A DNA stretch of 64,000 nucleotides from Squalus acanthias. Taxonomy: Eukaryota. A program made the translations under genes and the position numbers. The stretch's first letter is position 1, and each line of letters begins with the position of its first letter. The notes under the pieces are model-generated. The model was not told where the DNA came from and searched no databases. It was given only the letters and a program-made list of their open reading frames with translations. Positions 52,815 to 64,000 of this stretch are shown here, in pieces. The stretch covers positions 40,364,001 to 40,428,000 of the forward strand of contig CM059432.1 of assembly GCA_030390025.1 (NCBI GenBank), in the 5' to 3' direction.

Positions 52815-54633
52815 CAACCGCAACATCGTCATCAAACCAGCGGACAAAGGAGGAGCCATCCTCATACAGAACAGAATGGACTATTGCAAAGAAGCATACC
52901 GACAACTGGACAACCAGGAACACTACAGACAGTTACCCGCAGATCCGACCAAAGAACACACCCACCAACTCAATAGACTGATCAAGACCTTCGATCCAGA
53001 CCTTCAAAGCATCCTACGTGCTCTCATCCCACGTACTCCCCGCGTGGGAGACTTCTACTGCCTCCCAAAGATACACAAAGCCAACACACCCGGACGTCCT
53101 ATCGTATCAGGCAACGGAACCCTGTGTGAGAACCTCTCTGGATACGTCGAGGGCATCCTGAAACCTATCGTACAGGGAACCCCCAGCTTCTGTCGCGACA
53201 CTACAGACTTCTTACAGAAACTCAGCACCCACGGACCGGTTGAACCAGGAACACTCCTCGCCACGATGGACGTCTCGGCACTCTACACCAGTATCCCCCA
53301 CGATGACGGCATCGCTGCGACAGCCTCAGTACTCAACACCAACAACAGCCAATCTCCAGACGCCATCCTACAACTCATCCGCTTCATCCTTGACCACAAT
53401 GTCTTCACCTTCGACAACCAGTTTTTTACCCAAACACACGGAACAACCATGGGGACCAAATTCGCAACCCAATACGCCAACATCTTCATGCACAAGTTCG
53501 AGCAAGACTTCTTCGCTGCACAGGACCTCCAACCAACGCTATACACCAGGTACATCGACGACATTTTCTTCCTATGGACCCACGGCGAAGAATCACTGAA
53601 AAGACTACACGATAACATCAACAAGTTCCATCCCACCATCAAACTCACCATGGACTACTCCTCAGAATCGGTTTCATTCTTGGACACACGAATCTCCATC
53701 AAAGACGGACACCTCAGCACTTCACTCTACCGCAAGCCCACGGACAACCTCACGATGCTCCACTTCTCCAGCTTCCATCCTAACCACGTTAAAGAAGTCA
53801 TCCCCTATGGACAAGCCCTGCGAATACACAGGATCTGCTCAGACGAGGAGGAACGCGATGGACACCTACAGACGCTGAAAGACGCCCTCGTAAGAACGGG
53901 ATATGACGCTCGACTCGTCGATCGACAGTTCCGACGGGCCACAGCGAAAAATCGCATAGATCTCCTCAGAAGACAAACACGGGACACAACCAACAGAGTA
54001 CCCTACGTCGTCCAGTACTTCCCCGGAGCGGAGAAACTACGCCATGTTCTTCGCAGCCTTCAACATGTCATCGATGACGACGAACACCTCGCTAAGGCCA
54101 TCCCCACGCCTCCACTACTCGCCTTCAAACAGCCGCCTAACCTCAAACAGACCATCGTTCGCAGCAAATTACCCAGCTTTCAGGAGAACAGCAACCACGA
54201 CACCACACAACCCTGCCACGGCAACCTCTGCTAGACATGCCAGATCATCAACACAGATACCATCATCACACGTGAGGACACCACCCACCAGGTACATGGT
54301 ACATACTCATGTGACTCGGCCAACGTTGTCTACTTCATACGTTGCAGGAAAGGATGCCCCGGAGCATGGTACATCGGCGAGACCATGCAGACACTGCGAC
54401 AACGTATGAACGGACACCGCGCAACAATCACCAGGCAGGAGTGTTCCCTCCCAGTCGGGGAACACTTCAGCCGTCAAGGACATTCAGCCTCCGATCTTCA
54501 GGTAAGCGTTCTCCAAGGCGGCCTTCGAGACACACGACAACGCAAAATTGTCGAGCAGAAACTGATAGCCAAGTTCCGCACCCATGAGGACGGCCTCAAC
54601 CGGGATCTTGGGTTCATGTCACGCTACATGTAA
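52815..54633 (+). pseudogene. PLE RT/GIY-YIG ORF, plus-strand arm; 5'-truncated, nonsense codon at 54232-54234
   Basis: ORFs 52561..54234 and 54385..54633 are in the same frame; TAG where the other arm has AAG. Confidence 0.9.
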
Positions 54634-54965
54634 CCCCACCTGACGTAGAGTCATCCAGACTCGAGTCGTCGTTGGCTTGTTCTCTCTACACAGATGCGGC
54701 CGGACCTGCTGTGATTTCCAGCAAAAACAGTTTTTTGTTTTCCATACAGACCCCAGCATCTGCCACAATTGACCCCTTGTGACCCCACCTCATTGTCTTT
54801 GATGTAATGTTTTCCTGACTGACCTGTTTGGACACCATCCACACCTTTGATTGCCGTGATTATCTCTCTGCCGAGGTGTGATAAAGGGCAGTTAGAAAGA
54901 TTAACTGTAATCATCTGGCAGTGTTCTCTGACTATATATGCGGTGCCTATATGCATCTCTTCACT

Positions 54966-55002
54966 TCACCTGATGAAGGAGCAGCGCTCCGAAAGCTTGT
55001 GA
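54966..55002 (+). ncRNA. Minimal type I hammerhead ribozyme in PLE 3' pseudo-LTR
   Basis: TCAC-CTGATGA-A-GGAGC-agc-GCTCC-GAAA-GCTT-GTGA: core boxes, stem II, stem I (TCAC/GTGA), palindromic AAGCTT helix III; AATAAA follows at 55008. Confidence 0.82.
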
Positions 55003-55990
55003 TTTCAAATAAAGCTGTTGGACTATAACCTGGTGTGCGACTTCTCACATTTGTCCACCCCAGTCCAACACCGGCATCTCCACATCATGGTTAGAGATGG
55101 GCATAGCTTAGGTGGAATTCATTTCCACCTAGAAATTAATTATAAGGTGTCATGATTATTAAAATTTGAAACTTCAAAATCTGTCTTTAGGACATCCTGA
55201 AATTACAGTCTAGATTTCAGTAACCGTGTGCTTGGTATTTATTTATTACGGATGATCAGTACTGATTGTATTGTAGTGCTCTTCTCTTGTGCTTTCTGTG
55301 ACTTAAATCAATATCTACAAATTTAAAATATCAAGCCTGTATGACGATATGCAATGAAGTTCTAAATCAGGACATAAGAACATAAGAAATAGGAGCAGGA
55401 GTAGGCCATTTGGCCCTTCGAGCCTGCTCCTCCATTCAATAAGATCATGGCTGATCTTGTACCTCATCTCCACTTTCCTGCACTATCCCCATATCCCTTG
55501 ATTCCCTTAATATTCAAAAATCTAGCGATCTGTCTTGAATATACTCAACGACTGAGCCTCCACAGCTCTCTGGGGTAGAGAATTACAAAGATTCACCACC
55601 CTCTGAGTGAAGAAATTTCTCCTCATCTTAGTCCTAAATGGCCGACTCCTTATTCGGAGACTGTGACCCCTGATTCCACACTCCCCAGCCAGGGGATACA
55701 TCCTCCCTGCATCTATCCTGTCAAGCCCTGTAACGATTTTGTATGTTTCAATGAGATCACCTCTCATTCTTCTAAACTTTAGAGAATATAGGCCTAGTCT
55801 CTCCTCATAGGACAATCCCCCCCATCCCAGGAACCAGTCTGGTGAACGTTCGTTGCACTCCCTCTATGGCAAGTATATCCTTCCTTAGGTAAGGAGACCA
55901 AAACTGTACACAATACTCCAGGTGTGGTCTCACCAGAGCTCTATATAATTGCAGTAAGATGTCTTTACTCTTATACTCAAATCTTCTTGT

Positions 55991-58900
55991 AATAAGAAAT
56001 AGGAGCAGGAATAGACCAGTTGGCCCCTCGAGCCTGCTCCGCCATTCAATAAGATCATGGCTGATCTTGGGCTCAAAGCCACTTCCCTGCCCGCTCCCCA
56101 TAACCCTTCACTCCTTTATCTTGCAAAAATCTGTCTATCTCCACCTTAAATGTATTTAATGACCCAGCCTCCACAGCTCTCTGCGGCAGAGAATTCCACA
56201 GATTTACGACCCTCAGAGAAGAAATTCCTCCTCATCTCAGTTCTAAAAGGGCGACCCTTTATTCTGAAACTATGCCCCCGAGTTCTAGATTTCCCCACGA
56301 GGGGAAACATCCTCTCTGCATCTACCTTGTCGAGCCCCCTCAGTATCTTATATGTTTCAATAAGATCACCTCTCATTCTTCTAAATTCCAATGAGTATAG
56401 GCCCAACCTGCTCAACCTTTCCTCATAAGTCAACCCCCTCATCTCTGGAATTAATATACAGGAAACTCTCGTTTAAACGGCACCTAAATATCCGGAATTC
56501 TCTAATAACCGGCAGAATTCATACTCCGAAAACTACAGTATACAGTCGTTTATAAGTTTTGTTTTACCGTTAAGTAATTAAAGAGTTATGGATTACCCTC
56601 AACTGGCATTACTGTACTTAATCAAGCTTCTTCCACCATCCATTTAACACAGCATTCTGTAGGGGAGTACCCAATTATACTGCACATTTCTTGATTTTTT
56701 TTATTTTTGTTTGTTAAAAATAGCCTCGGTAGATATACCTCTCCGTTATCCGGAATTTTTAATCAACCGGCACCATCCCGGTCCCGTCGGTGCCGGATAC
56801 GAAAGAGTTTCCTGTAGAATCGTCTCTGAAGTGCCTCCAATGCAAGTATATCCTTCCTTAAATAAGGAGACCAAAACTGTACGCAGTACTCAAGGTGTGG
56901 TCTCACCAATACCCTGTACAGTTGTAGCAGGACTTCCCTGCTTTTATACTCCAACCCCCTTGAAATAAAGGCCAACATTCCATTTGCCTTTTTGATTACT
57001 TGCTGTACCTGCATGCTAAGTTTTTGTGTTTCATGCACAAGGACCCCTAGGTCCCTCTGAACTGTAGCATTTTGTAATCTCTCTCCATTAAAATAATAAT
57101 TTGCTTTTTTATTTTTCCTGCCAAAGTGGATAACCTCGCACTTTCCCACATTATACTCCATCTTCCAAATGTTTGCCCACTCACTTAGCCTGTCTATATC
57201 CCTTTGCAGATTCTGAGTCCTCTGCACAACTTGCTTTCCCACCCATCTTTGTATCATCCGCAAACTTGGCTACATTATACTCGATCCCTTCATCCAAGTC
57301 ATTAATGTAGATTGTAAATAGTTGAGGCCCCAGCACCGATCCCCGTGGCACCCCACTAGTTACCGTTTGCCAACCAGAAAACGACCCATTTATCCCGACT
57401 CTCTGCTTTCTGTTAGTTAGCCAATTCTCTATCCATGCTGATATATTACCCCCAATTCCGTGAGCTCTTATCTTATGCAGTAACCTTTTATGTGGCACCT
57501 TATCGAATGCCTTCTGAAATCCAAATACACCACATCCACTGGCTCACCTTTGTCCACCCTGCTCATGACATCCTCAAAGAACTCCAGCAAATTTGTTAAA
57601 CATGATTTTCCTTTCATGAAACCATGCTGACTCTGCTTGACTGCATTATGATTTTCCAAATGCCCTGCTACTGCTTCCTTAATGAAGGACTCCAGCATTT
57701 TCCCAACGACAGATGTTAGGCTAACTGGTCTATAGTTTCCTGCTTTCTTAAATAGGGGTGTTACATTTGCGGTTTTCCAATCCGCTGGGACCTCTCCAGA
57801 GTCCAGGGAATTTTGGTATATTGCAACCAATTCATCCACAATCTCTGCAGCCACTTCTTTTAAGACCCTGGGATGCAGGCCATCTGGTCCAGGGGACTTG
57901 TCATCTTTTAGTCCCATTATTTTACCAAGTACTATTTCCTTAGTGATAGTCTTTAGTTTCCCCTTCCCTGTGGCCCCTTGATTATCCATTATTGGGATGT
58001 TGTTAGTGTCTTCTACCGTGAAGACAGATACAAAATATTTGTTCAGAGTCTCTGCCATTTCCCCGTTCCCCATTATTAATTCCCCAGTCTCATCCTCTAA
58101 GGGACCAACGTTTACTTTAGCTACTCTCTTCCTTTTTATATACCTGTAGAAGCTCTTACTATCTGTTTTAATATTTCTTGCCAGTTTACTCTCATAAATT
58201 CATCTTCTCTATTTTTTTTTGGTTTTTAAAAATTTCCCAATCCTCTGGTCTCCCACCAATCTTGGCAACATTGTATGCCTTCGTTTTCAATTTGATACCA
58301 TCCTTTACTTCCTTAGTTAGCCACGGATGGTGCTCCCTTCTCTTAAAATCTTTCTTTCTCACTGGAATATATTTTTGTTGAGAGTTATGAAATTTTTCTT
58401 TAATTGTCTTACCCTTTCATTTATTTTTCCAGTCCACTTTAGCCAGTTCTGCCCTCATGCCATTGTAATTGCCTTTGTTTAAGGTCAGGACACTGGTTTG
58501 AGATACAACTTTCTCACCCTCCAACTGAATTTGAAATTCAACCATGCTGTGATCACTCTTTCCTAGAGGATCCTTTACTATGAGATCATTTATTAATTCT
58601 GTCTCATTACACAGTACAAGATCCAAGATAGCCTGCTCCCTGGTTGGTTCCATTACATACTGTTCTAGGAAACCATCCCGGATGCACTCTACGAACTCCT
58701 CCTCAAGGCTACCATGGCCAATTTGATTTGTCCAATCAATATGCAGATTAAAATCACCCATGATTATTACCGTACCTTTTTTACAGGGCTCCATTATTTG
58801 TTGATTTATACTCTGTCCAACAGTATTGCTACTGCTCGGGGGCCTGTAGACTACGCCCACCAGAGACTTTTTCCCCTTATTATTTTTTATCTCCACCCAA

Positions 58901-59356
58901 ATCGATTCTACATCTTGATCTTCTGAGCCTATATCGCTTCTCACCATTGCACTGATCCCATCCTTTACCAACAAAGCTACCCCACCTCCCTTTCCTTTCT
59001 GTCTATCCTTCCGAATTGTCAAATACCCTGGAATATTCAGTTCCTAGCCCAGGTCACCTTGCAACCACGTCTCTGTAATGGTGATCAGATCATACTCATT
59101 TGTGTCTATTTGTGCCGTCAACTCATCTATCTTGTTACAAATGCTGCGTGCATTCAGATATAGAGTTTTTAACTTTGTCTTTTTACCATTTCTCCTTGTT
59201 TTGGCCCCATTTTCTGTTGCACTCTTATTTTTAAACATTCTGTCCCTTCCTGTCACACTCTGGTTATTATTTCCCCCCTCTCTATCCTGCTCTATTGGTA
59301 TCTCATTTCTCATTGACTTTTTAAAGTCCCGCTCACCTGGACCCTCCCCCCCCACT
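55991..59356 (-). mobile_element. CR1 LINE with nearly complete, frameshifted ORF2 (APE endonuclease + RT)
   Basis: YLNARSI, ITETWL, GVVYRPP, MGDFN, ILDLVL, SDH, then RT motifs. Confidence 0.92.
56459..56814. mobile_element. Tc1/mariner (pogo/Tigger-like) MITE inserted in a CR1
   Basis: TIR CAGGAAACTCT/AGAGTTTCCTG with TA on both sides. Confidence 0.8.
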
Positions 59357-60169
59357 ATAAAGGCCAACATACCATTTGCTTTCCTAATTGCTTGCTGTAC
59401 CTACATGTGAACTTTCAGTGCTTCATGTACAAGGACACCCAGGTCCTTCTGAACACCAACATTTCCCAATCTCTCACCATTTAAAAAATACTCTGCTTTT
59501 CTATTTTTCCTACCGAAGTGGATAACTTCACATTTCTCCACATTATATTCCATTTGCCATGTTCTTGCCCACTCACTTAGCCTGTCTATATCCCCTTGAA
59601 GCCTCCTTGCATCCTCCTCACAACTTACATTCCCACCCAGCTTTGTATCATCAGCAAACTTGGATATATTACATTTGGTCCCCTCATCCAAATCATTGAT
59701 GTAGATTGTGAATAGCTGAGGCCCAAGCACTGATCCTTGCGGTACCCCACTAGTTACAGCCTGCCAACCCGAAAATGACCCTTTTATTCCTATTCTCTGT
59801 TTTCTGTCCGTTAACCAATCCTCAATCCATGCTGGTATATTACCCCCAATCCCATGAACCCTAATTTCGTTTAATAACCTCTTGTGTGGCACCTTATCGA
59901 ATGCCTTCTGAAAATCCAAATACACCACATCCACTGGTTCCCGTTTTTTTTATTCTGCTAATTACAACCTCAAAAAACTCCAACAGATTTGTCAAACATG
60001 ATTTCCCTTTCATAAATCCGTGTTGACTCTGCCCAATCCTATTATTATTTTCTAAGTGCCCTGTTACCACGTCCTTAATATTAAGCACGTGGTAACATTT
60101 ATCTTTTACTGAGTGTTGTTGAACAATCAACCCCAAATTAATTGTTTTAGTTGTTCCCTCATTTAAATG

Positions 60170-61100
60170 AAATTAGCCTGTTTAAATTTATGTACCTGGC
60201 TCCTGGTCTTAAGTATTTCTGACTTTCAGGTCATGTTAAACTTTATCACTTGCAGCCGCTATCCCAGAGGTGCAACAACTTCAATGTCTTGCACATTTTC
60301 TGGGTCATTAACAAATACTAGAGATCAAGATGAGGATTGCCTTCCGAGGCTACCTCTCATGGTCGAATAGCAGTCGTGCACTACATCTACCAACTCTTAA
60401 CTCTAAACCACTTGGGTTTTCCCAGTTTATATTAGGTTGATTGAAGTTTCCCATTAACTTCATTGTTCTCCCATACTTTCCTATCTCCTGCTCAAGCAAA
60501 TTGTCCTCCTTTTTATCCTGGCACGGTAGCCTGCAGCATATCCTTAGTGTTAGCTAGGATTATTTTTAGCACTAGAGATGGAAACCAGCGTAATTCATTT
60601 TGTAGCTTTCTACCTCCAACATGTTCAACTTATTTTACCTTCAAGTGTCTGACATTCAGGGCTACACCACCTCCTTTTTTGTCCGTGTCTTTTTTTAAAC
60701 GTTCTACACCCTGAATTTATTCCCATCGTCTGGATTTAGCTGTTTGTGACATTCCCACCACATAACAGTGCACTACTGCCACAACAGATTCCAGTTCTGG
60801 CATATTATGTCCAGTGCTCCTAGCATTCATGTATCTACATCTTATTATAGATTTTCATTCTCTCATGTTCCCCAGTGTCTCTTAATCTCTGGTTCAAGCG
60901 AGTCTCTCCAAGTTTCTGATTCTGTACCTGCTTGTTGGCTACCTTCCATCCTACGATCTGTCTCCTTCGAGATCTTGTTTCCTCTCTGCCCTCTCCACGC
61001 CCACCGCCCCCCACCTGTCTACTTTAAATTATATACTGTTGCTGCGCAATGTTCCTCGCAAGACTTCTCATCCCGACTTGGTTTAAGTGTAGCCTGACTT
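60170..61100 (-). mobile_element. Very degraded CR1 5'/endonuclease region
   Basis: Remnants MGNFNQPNINW and RKKGGGVA on the minus strand. Confidence 0.5.
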
Positions 61101-62356
61101 TCCTGTACTTTTTTTTTTATTCTGGAAGGATTCCCTGTTATTTACAAAGACAACATTAAACATAAATAACGAAACATACGGCCTGCGGAACAATTTCATC
61201 CGACCTACAGTGTGACGTGCTCAGGATTGGCAAATCTCCCTTGGCGCTACTTCCAACAGTCACTCACTCTGTGATGTCAGCCCCACCCTCCCCATCCCCC
61301 CTGATGGCACAGAGAGCTAGCACTCGCTTTGGGCTGACCAGAAATGGGACCAGCTGGTGGGGGCGAAAGGTTTTGCTGGACTGGACTGGACGAGGGTGAC
61401 CAGAGACTAATTCTGTGGCCATATGTTTTGTGAAGAGTAAATATTCCAGTCTAACCAAATCTAGCTCTTAAAGTGGAAATGCATAGCTCATCACATCTTC
61501 CTTTGAGCTACTGAAATAAGGGGCTGGCAGCATGGTGCGAGTACAACAGTGTTATCTTTCCCACTTGAAGACGCTCTTTAAAACCTCTCTCTTTGACCAA
61601 GCTTTTGGTCATTTGTCCTAATAGCTCCTTATGTGGCTCGGTGTTCAATTTTGTTTGATAACTCTCCTGTGAAGTGCCTTGGGACGTTTTACTACGTTAA
61701 AGGCGCTATATAAATGAAAGTTGTTGTCGTAGAGGGCAGGAAATGAGGGATCGGGGAGAGAGGGAGACTAGCGAATGGAGTGCGGCAGGCATGGGGCACA
61801 GTATTTCCTGCAGAGTCTGGAGCAGCAGCAGTAACATGGTGAGTGGGAGCGGTGCCGAGAGTGGAGCAGCGCCGAGAGTGGAGCAGCCAGTAAAGGGATT
61901 TAGAGTGGGTAAATAGTCAAAGATTGTTTCTACTGGTGGGTGAATGGGGTGCTGCATGCCCTGATTTTACATTGCAAGCTCCAATACATGGAGGAGATGC
62001 AGGATGAACGAGTACAGGCTAGCTGTAGACCACAGAAGTGCTGTGGAGCTGGGAGGGGCACTCCTGCTCCTCTATGCTCCATAGAAGGGTTGTAAAAAAT
62101 ATTTTTCCTACCAGTTCTTCAGCAGCCTCCAGCAATCCCTTTAGGCTGCTGTAGAGCTGGCAAAACTAATCAGAGTTTGCATGGCACATGCGCCACTTAG
62201 TTTTCACGCATTTTGCAGAAGGCGCAGGACCCTTCTATACATATTTAAATTGATCCAATGCTGATTTGAGGTAGCCATCAGGTACGTCTAAAAACAGTGT
62301 GGACCAATATGGCAGCAGCGATTAGGCGCAGGACCACGTGCCCAGAAATTGGTGTA

Positions 62357-63638
62357 CATCATGGATTTGTGAAAGGTAGGTCATGCCTGACAAACCCGAT
62401 AGAATTTTTTGAGGAGGTGACTAAAGTAGTGGACAGGGGAATGTCTATGGATGTTATTTATATGAACTTCCAGAAGGCATTTGATAAAGTCCCACATAAG
62501 AGATTGTTATCTAAGGTAGAAGCCCACAGAATTGAGGGCAAATTATTGACCTGGTTAGGAAATTGGCTGAGCGGCAGGAGACAGAGAGTAGGGATAATGG
62601 GTAGGTACTCAAATTGGCAGGATGGGACTAGTGGTGTCCTGCAGGGATCTGTGTTGGGGCCTCAACTATTCACAATATTTATTAACGACTTAGATGATGG
62701 CATAGAAAGTCATATATCCAAATTTGCCGATGACACTAAGATAGGCGGCATTGTGGGCAGTGTAGATGAAAGCATAAAATTACAAAGGGATATTTGATGG
62801 ATTAAGTGAATGGGCAAAACTGTGGCAAATGGATTTCAATGTAAGCAAATGTGAGGTCATCCACTTTGGACCTAAAAAAGATAGAACAGGGTACTTTCTA
62901 AATGGTGAAAAGCTAAAAACAGTGGAGGTCCAAAGAGACTTGGGGGTTCAGGTCCATAGATCATTAAAATGTCATGAACAGGTAGAGAAAATAATTATAA
63001 AGGCTAATGGAATGCTGACCTTTATATCTAGAGGACTAGAGTACAAGGGGGTAGAAGTTATGCTGCAGGTATACAAAACCCTGGTTAGACCACTCCTGGA
63101 ATACTGTGAGCAGTTCTGGGCACCACACCTTAGGAAGGATATATTGGCCTTGGAGGGAGTGCAGTGTAGGTTTACCAGAATGATACCCAGAGGGTTAAGT
63201 TACAGTGAGAGATTACACAAATTAGGGTAGTATTCCCTAGAATTTAGAAGGTTAAGGGGTGATCTGATCGAAGTTTTCAGGATATTATGGGGAAAAAGAT
63301 AGGGTAGATAGAGAGAAACTATTTCTGCTGGTTGGGGAGTCTAGGACTAGCGGCATAGTCTAAAAATTAGAGCCAGACCTTTCAGGAGTGAAATTAGGAA
63401 ACACTTCTACACACAAAGGGTGGTAGAAGTTTGGAACTCTCTTCCGCAAACGGCAATTGGTGCTAGATCAATTGATAATTTTAAATTGGAGAGTGATAGT
63501 TTTTTTGTTAACCAAAGGTGTTAAGGGATATGGGCCAAAGGCGGGTATATGGAGTTAGATCACAGATCAGCCATGATCTCATTGAATGGCGGAACAGGCT
63601 CGAGAGGCTGAATGGCCTACTCCTGTTCCTATGTTCCT
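62357..63638 (+). mobile_element. CR1 LINE, RT and 3' end
   Basis: ORFs 62297..62797 and 62829..63230. Confidence 0.9.
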
Positions 63639-63670
63639 ACATTATGCCCAAATAACAGGCGAAACACATA

Positions 63671-64000
63671 GGGCCGTATTTTCCGATCAGAGGCTTCCCG
63701 CTTGCAGAGGCCTCCGATCTGGAAAAAATCTACAGACTTACCTGAAGGCTCCCGAGGTCCGGACACTTCCGCTCCTGGGCCTCTCCAACTCGGAATGTGC
63801 AGGGCCCACATATCCCAGAGGCGCATGTGGTTCGCATGCATCCCTGGGATCGCGTGGGCCATGGGGAGCCAATCAAAGAAGGGAATCTCCCGTCATACAC
63901 TTGACAGATAGACCTGTCAAATATATGAATGGAGATCACCCCAAAAACACTGTAAAACATTAATGTTTTTTTAAAAAATCACATTTTTAAAATGAGTTGA
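63671..64000. mobile_element. Diverged relative of the 45385 MITE, opposite orientation, cut by the window end
   Basis: Shared blocks gctcctgggcctctcc, tcccagaggcgca, ctgggatc.cgtgggcca, gagccaat and the TTGACAG hairpin. Confidence 0.65.

Larger units (their letters stand above)
50164..55087. mobile_element. Penelope-like retroelement (probably Neptune clade): single insertion made of two inverted, 5'-truncated copies
   Basis: RT motifs (KPADKGG, MDVSALYTSIP, GTAMG, RYIDDIF), Cys-rich linker, GIY-YIG endonuclease (VVY..RC...YIGET...RMNGH...GLN); arms 50164-52390 and 52815-55049 are reverse complements; flanking direct repeat TGGTTAGAGATG at 50152-50163 and 55088-55099. Confidence 0.93.
55373..60080 (-). 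mobile_element. Host CR1 (55373-55992 and 59357-60080), split by a second CR1
   Basis: Segments rejoin as ...cttgtaataa|aggccaacatacc...; ORFs 55522..55815 and 59401..59934. Confidence 0.85.

Noticed and set aside
50260..54956. Two identical 101-aa ORFs (50260..50565 plus, 54651..54956 minus) and other paired ORFs
   Set aside because: They are antisense or alternative-frame readings of the PLE inverted arms; identity reflects the inverted repeat
46400..64000. A second host gene upstream of INTS8
   Set aside because: No recognisable non-transposon coding exon found by eye; short exons cannot be excluded

Overview
Vertebrate genomic DNA, most likely from a cartilaginous fish (inferred from the dense CR1/L2 LINEs, the shark-type tRNA/Deu-SINEs and the divergence of the encoded protein). 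The left 44 kb holds the first 14 coding exons of INTS8 (Integrator complex subunit 8) on the minus strand. They run from the ATG at 44130 to 1686, splice into one 1752-nt open frame, include one GC-AG intron, and the gene continues beyond position 1. Nearly everything else is transposon-derived: many CR1, L2 and RTE LINE fragments, SINEs, hAT-, Harbinger- and Tc1/mariner-type MITEs, and a solo LTR. The most striking structure is a young, roughly 4.9-kb Penelope-like (RT + GIY-YIG) insertion at 50164-55087. It consists of two ~2.2-kb inverted arms inside one 12-bp target-site duplication, with a 38-nt tail on one side only. Each arm carries an intact-looking minimal hammerhead ribozyme plus a second, core-mutated hammerhead module. 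A third hammerhead sits in a solo pLTR fragment at ~47860. INTS8 intron 5 records a resolvable nested history: an RTE insertion with a ~153-bp target duplication, one copy of which later received a solo LTR. Coordinates of degraded repeats are approximate; no database searches were run.
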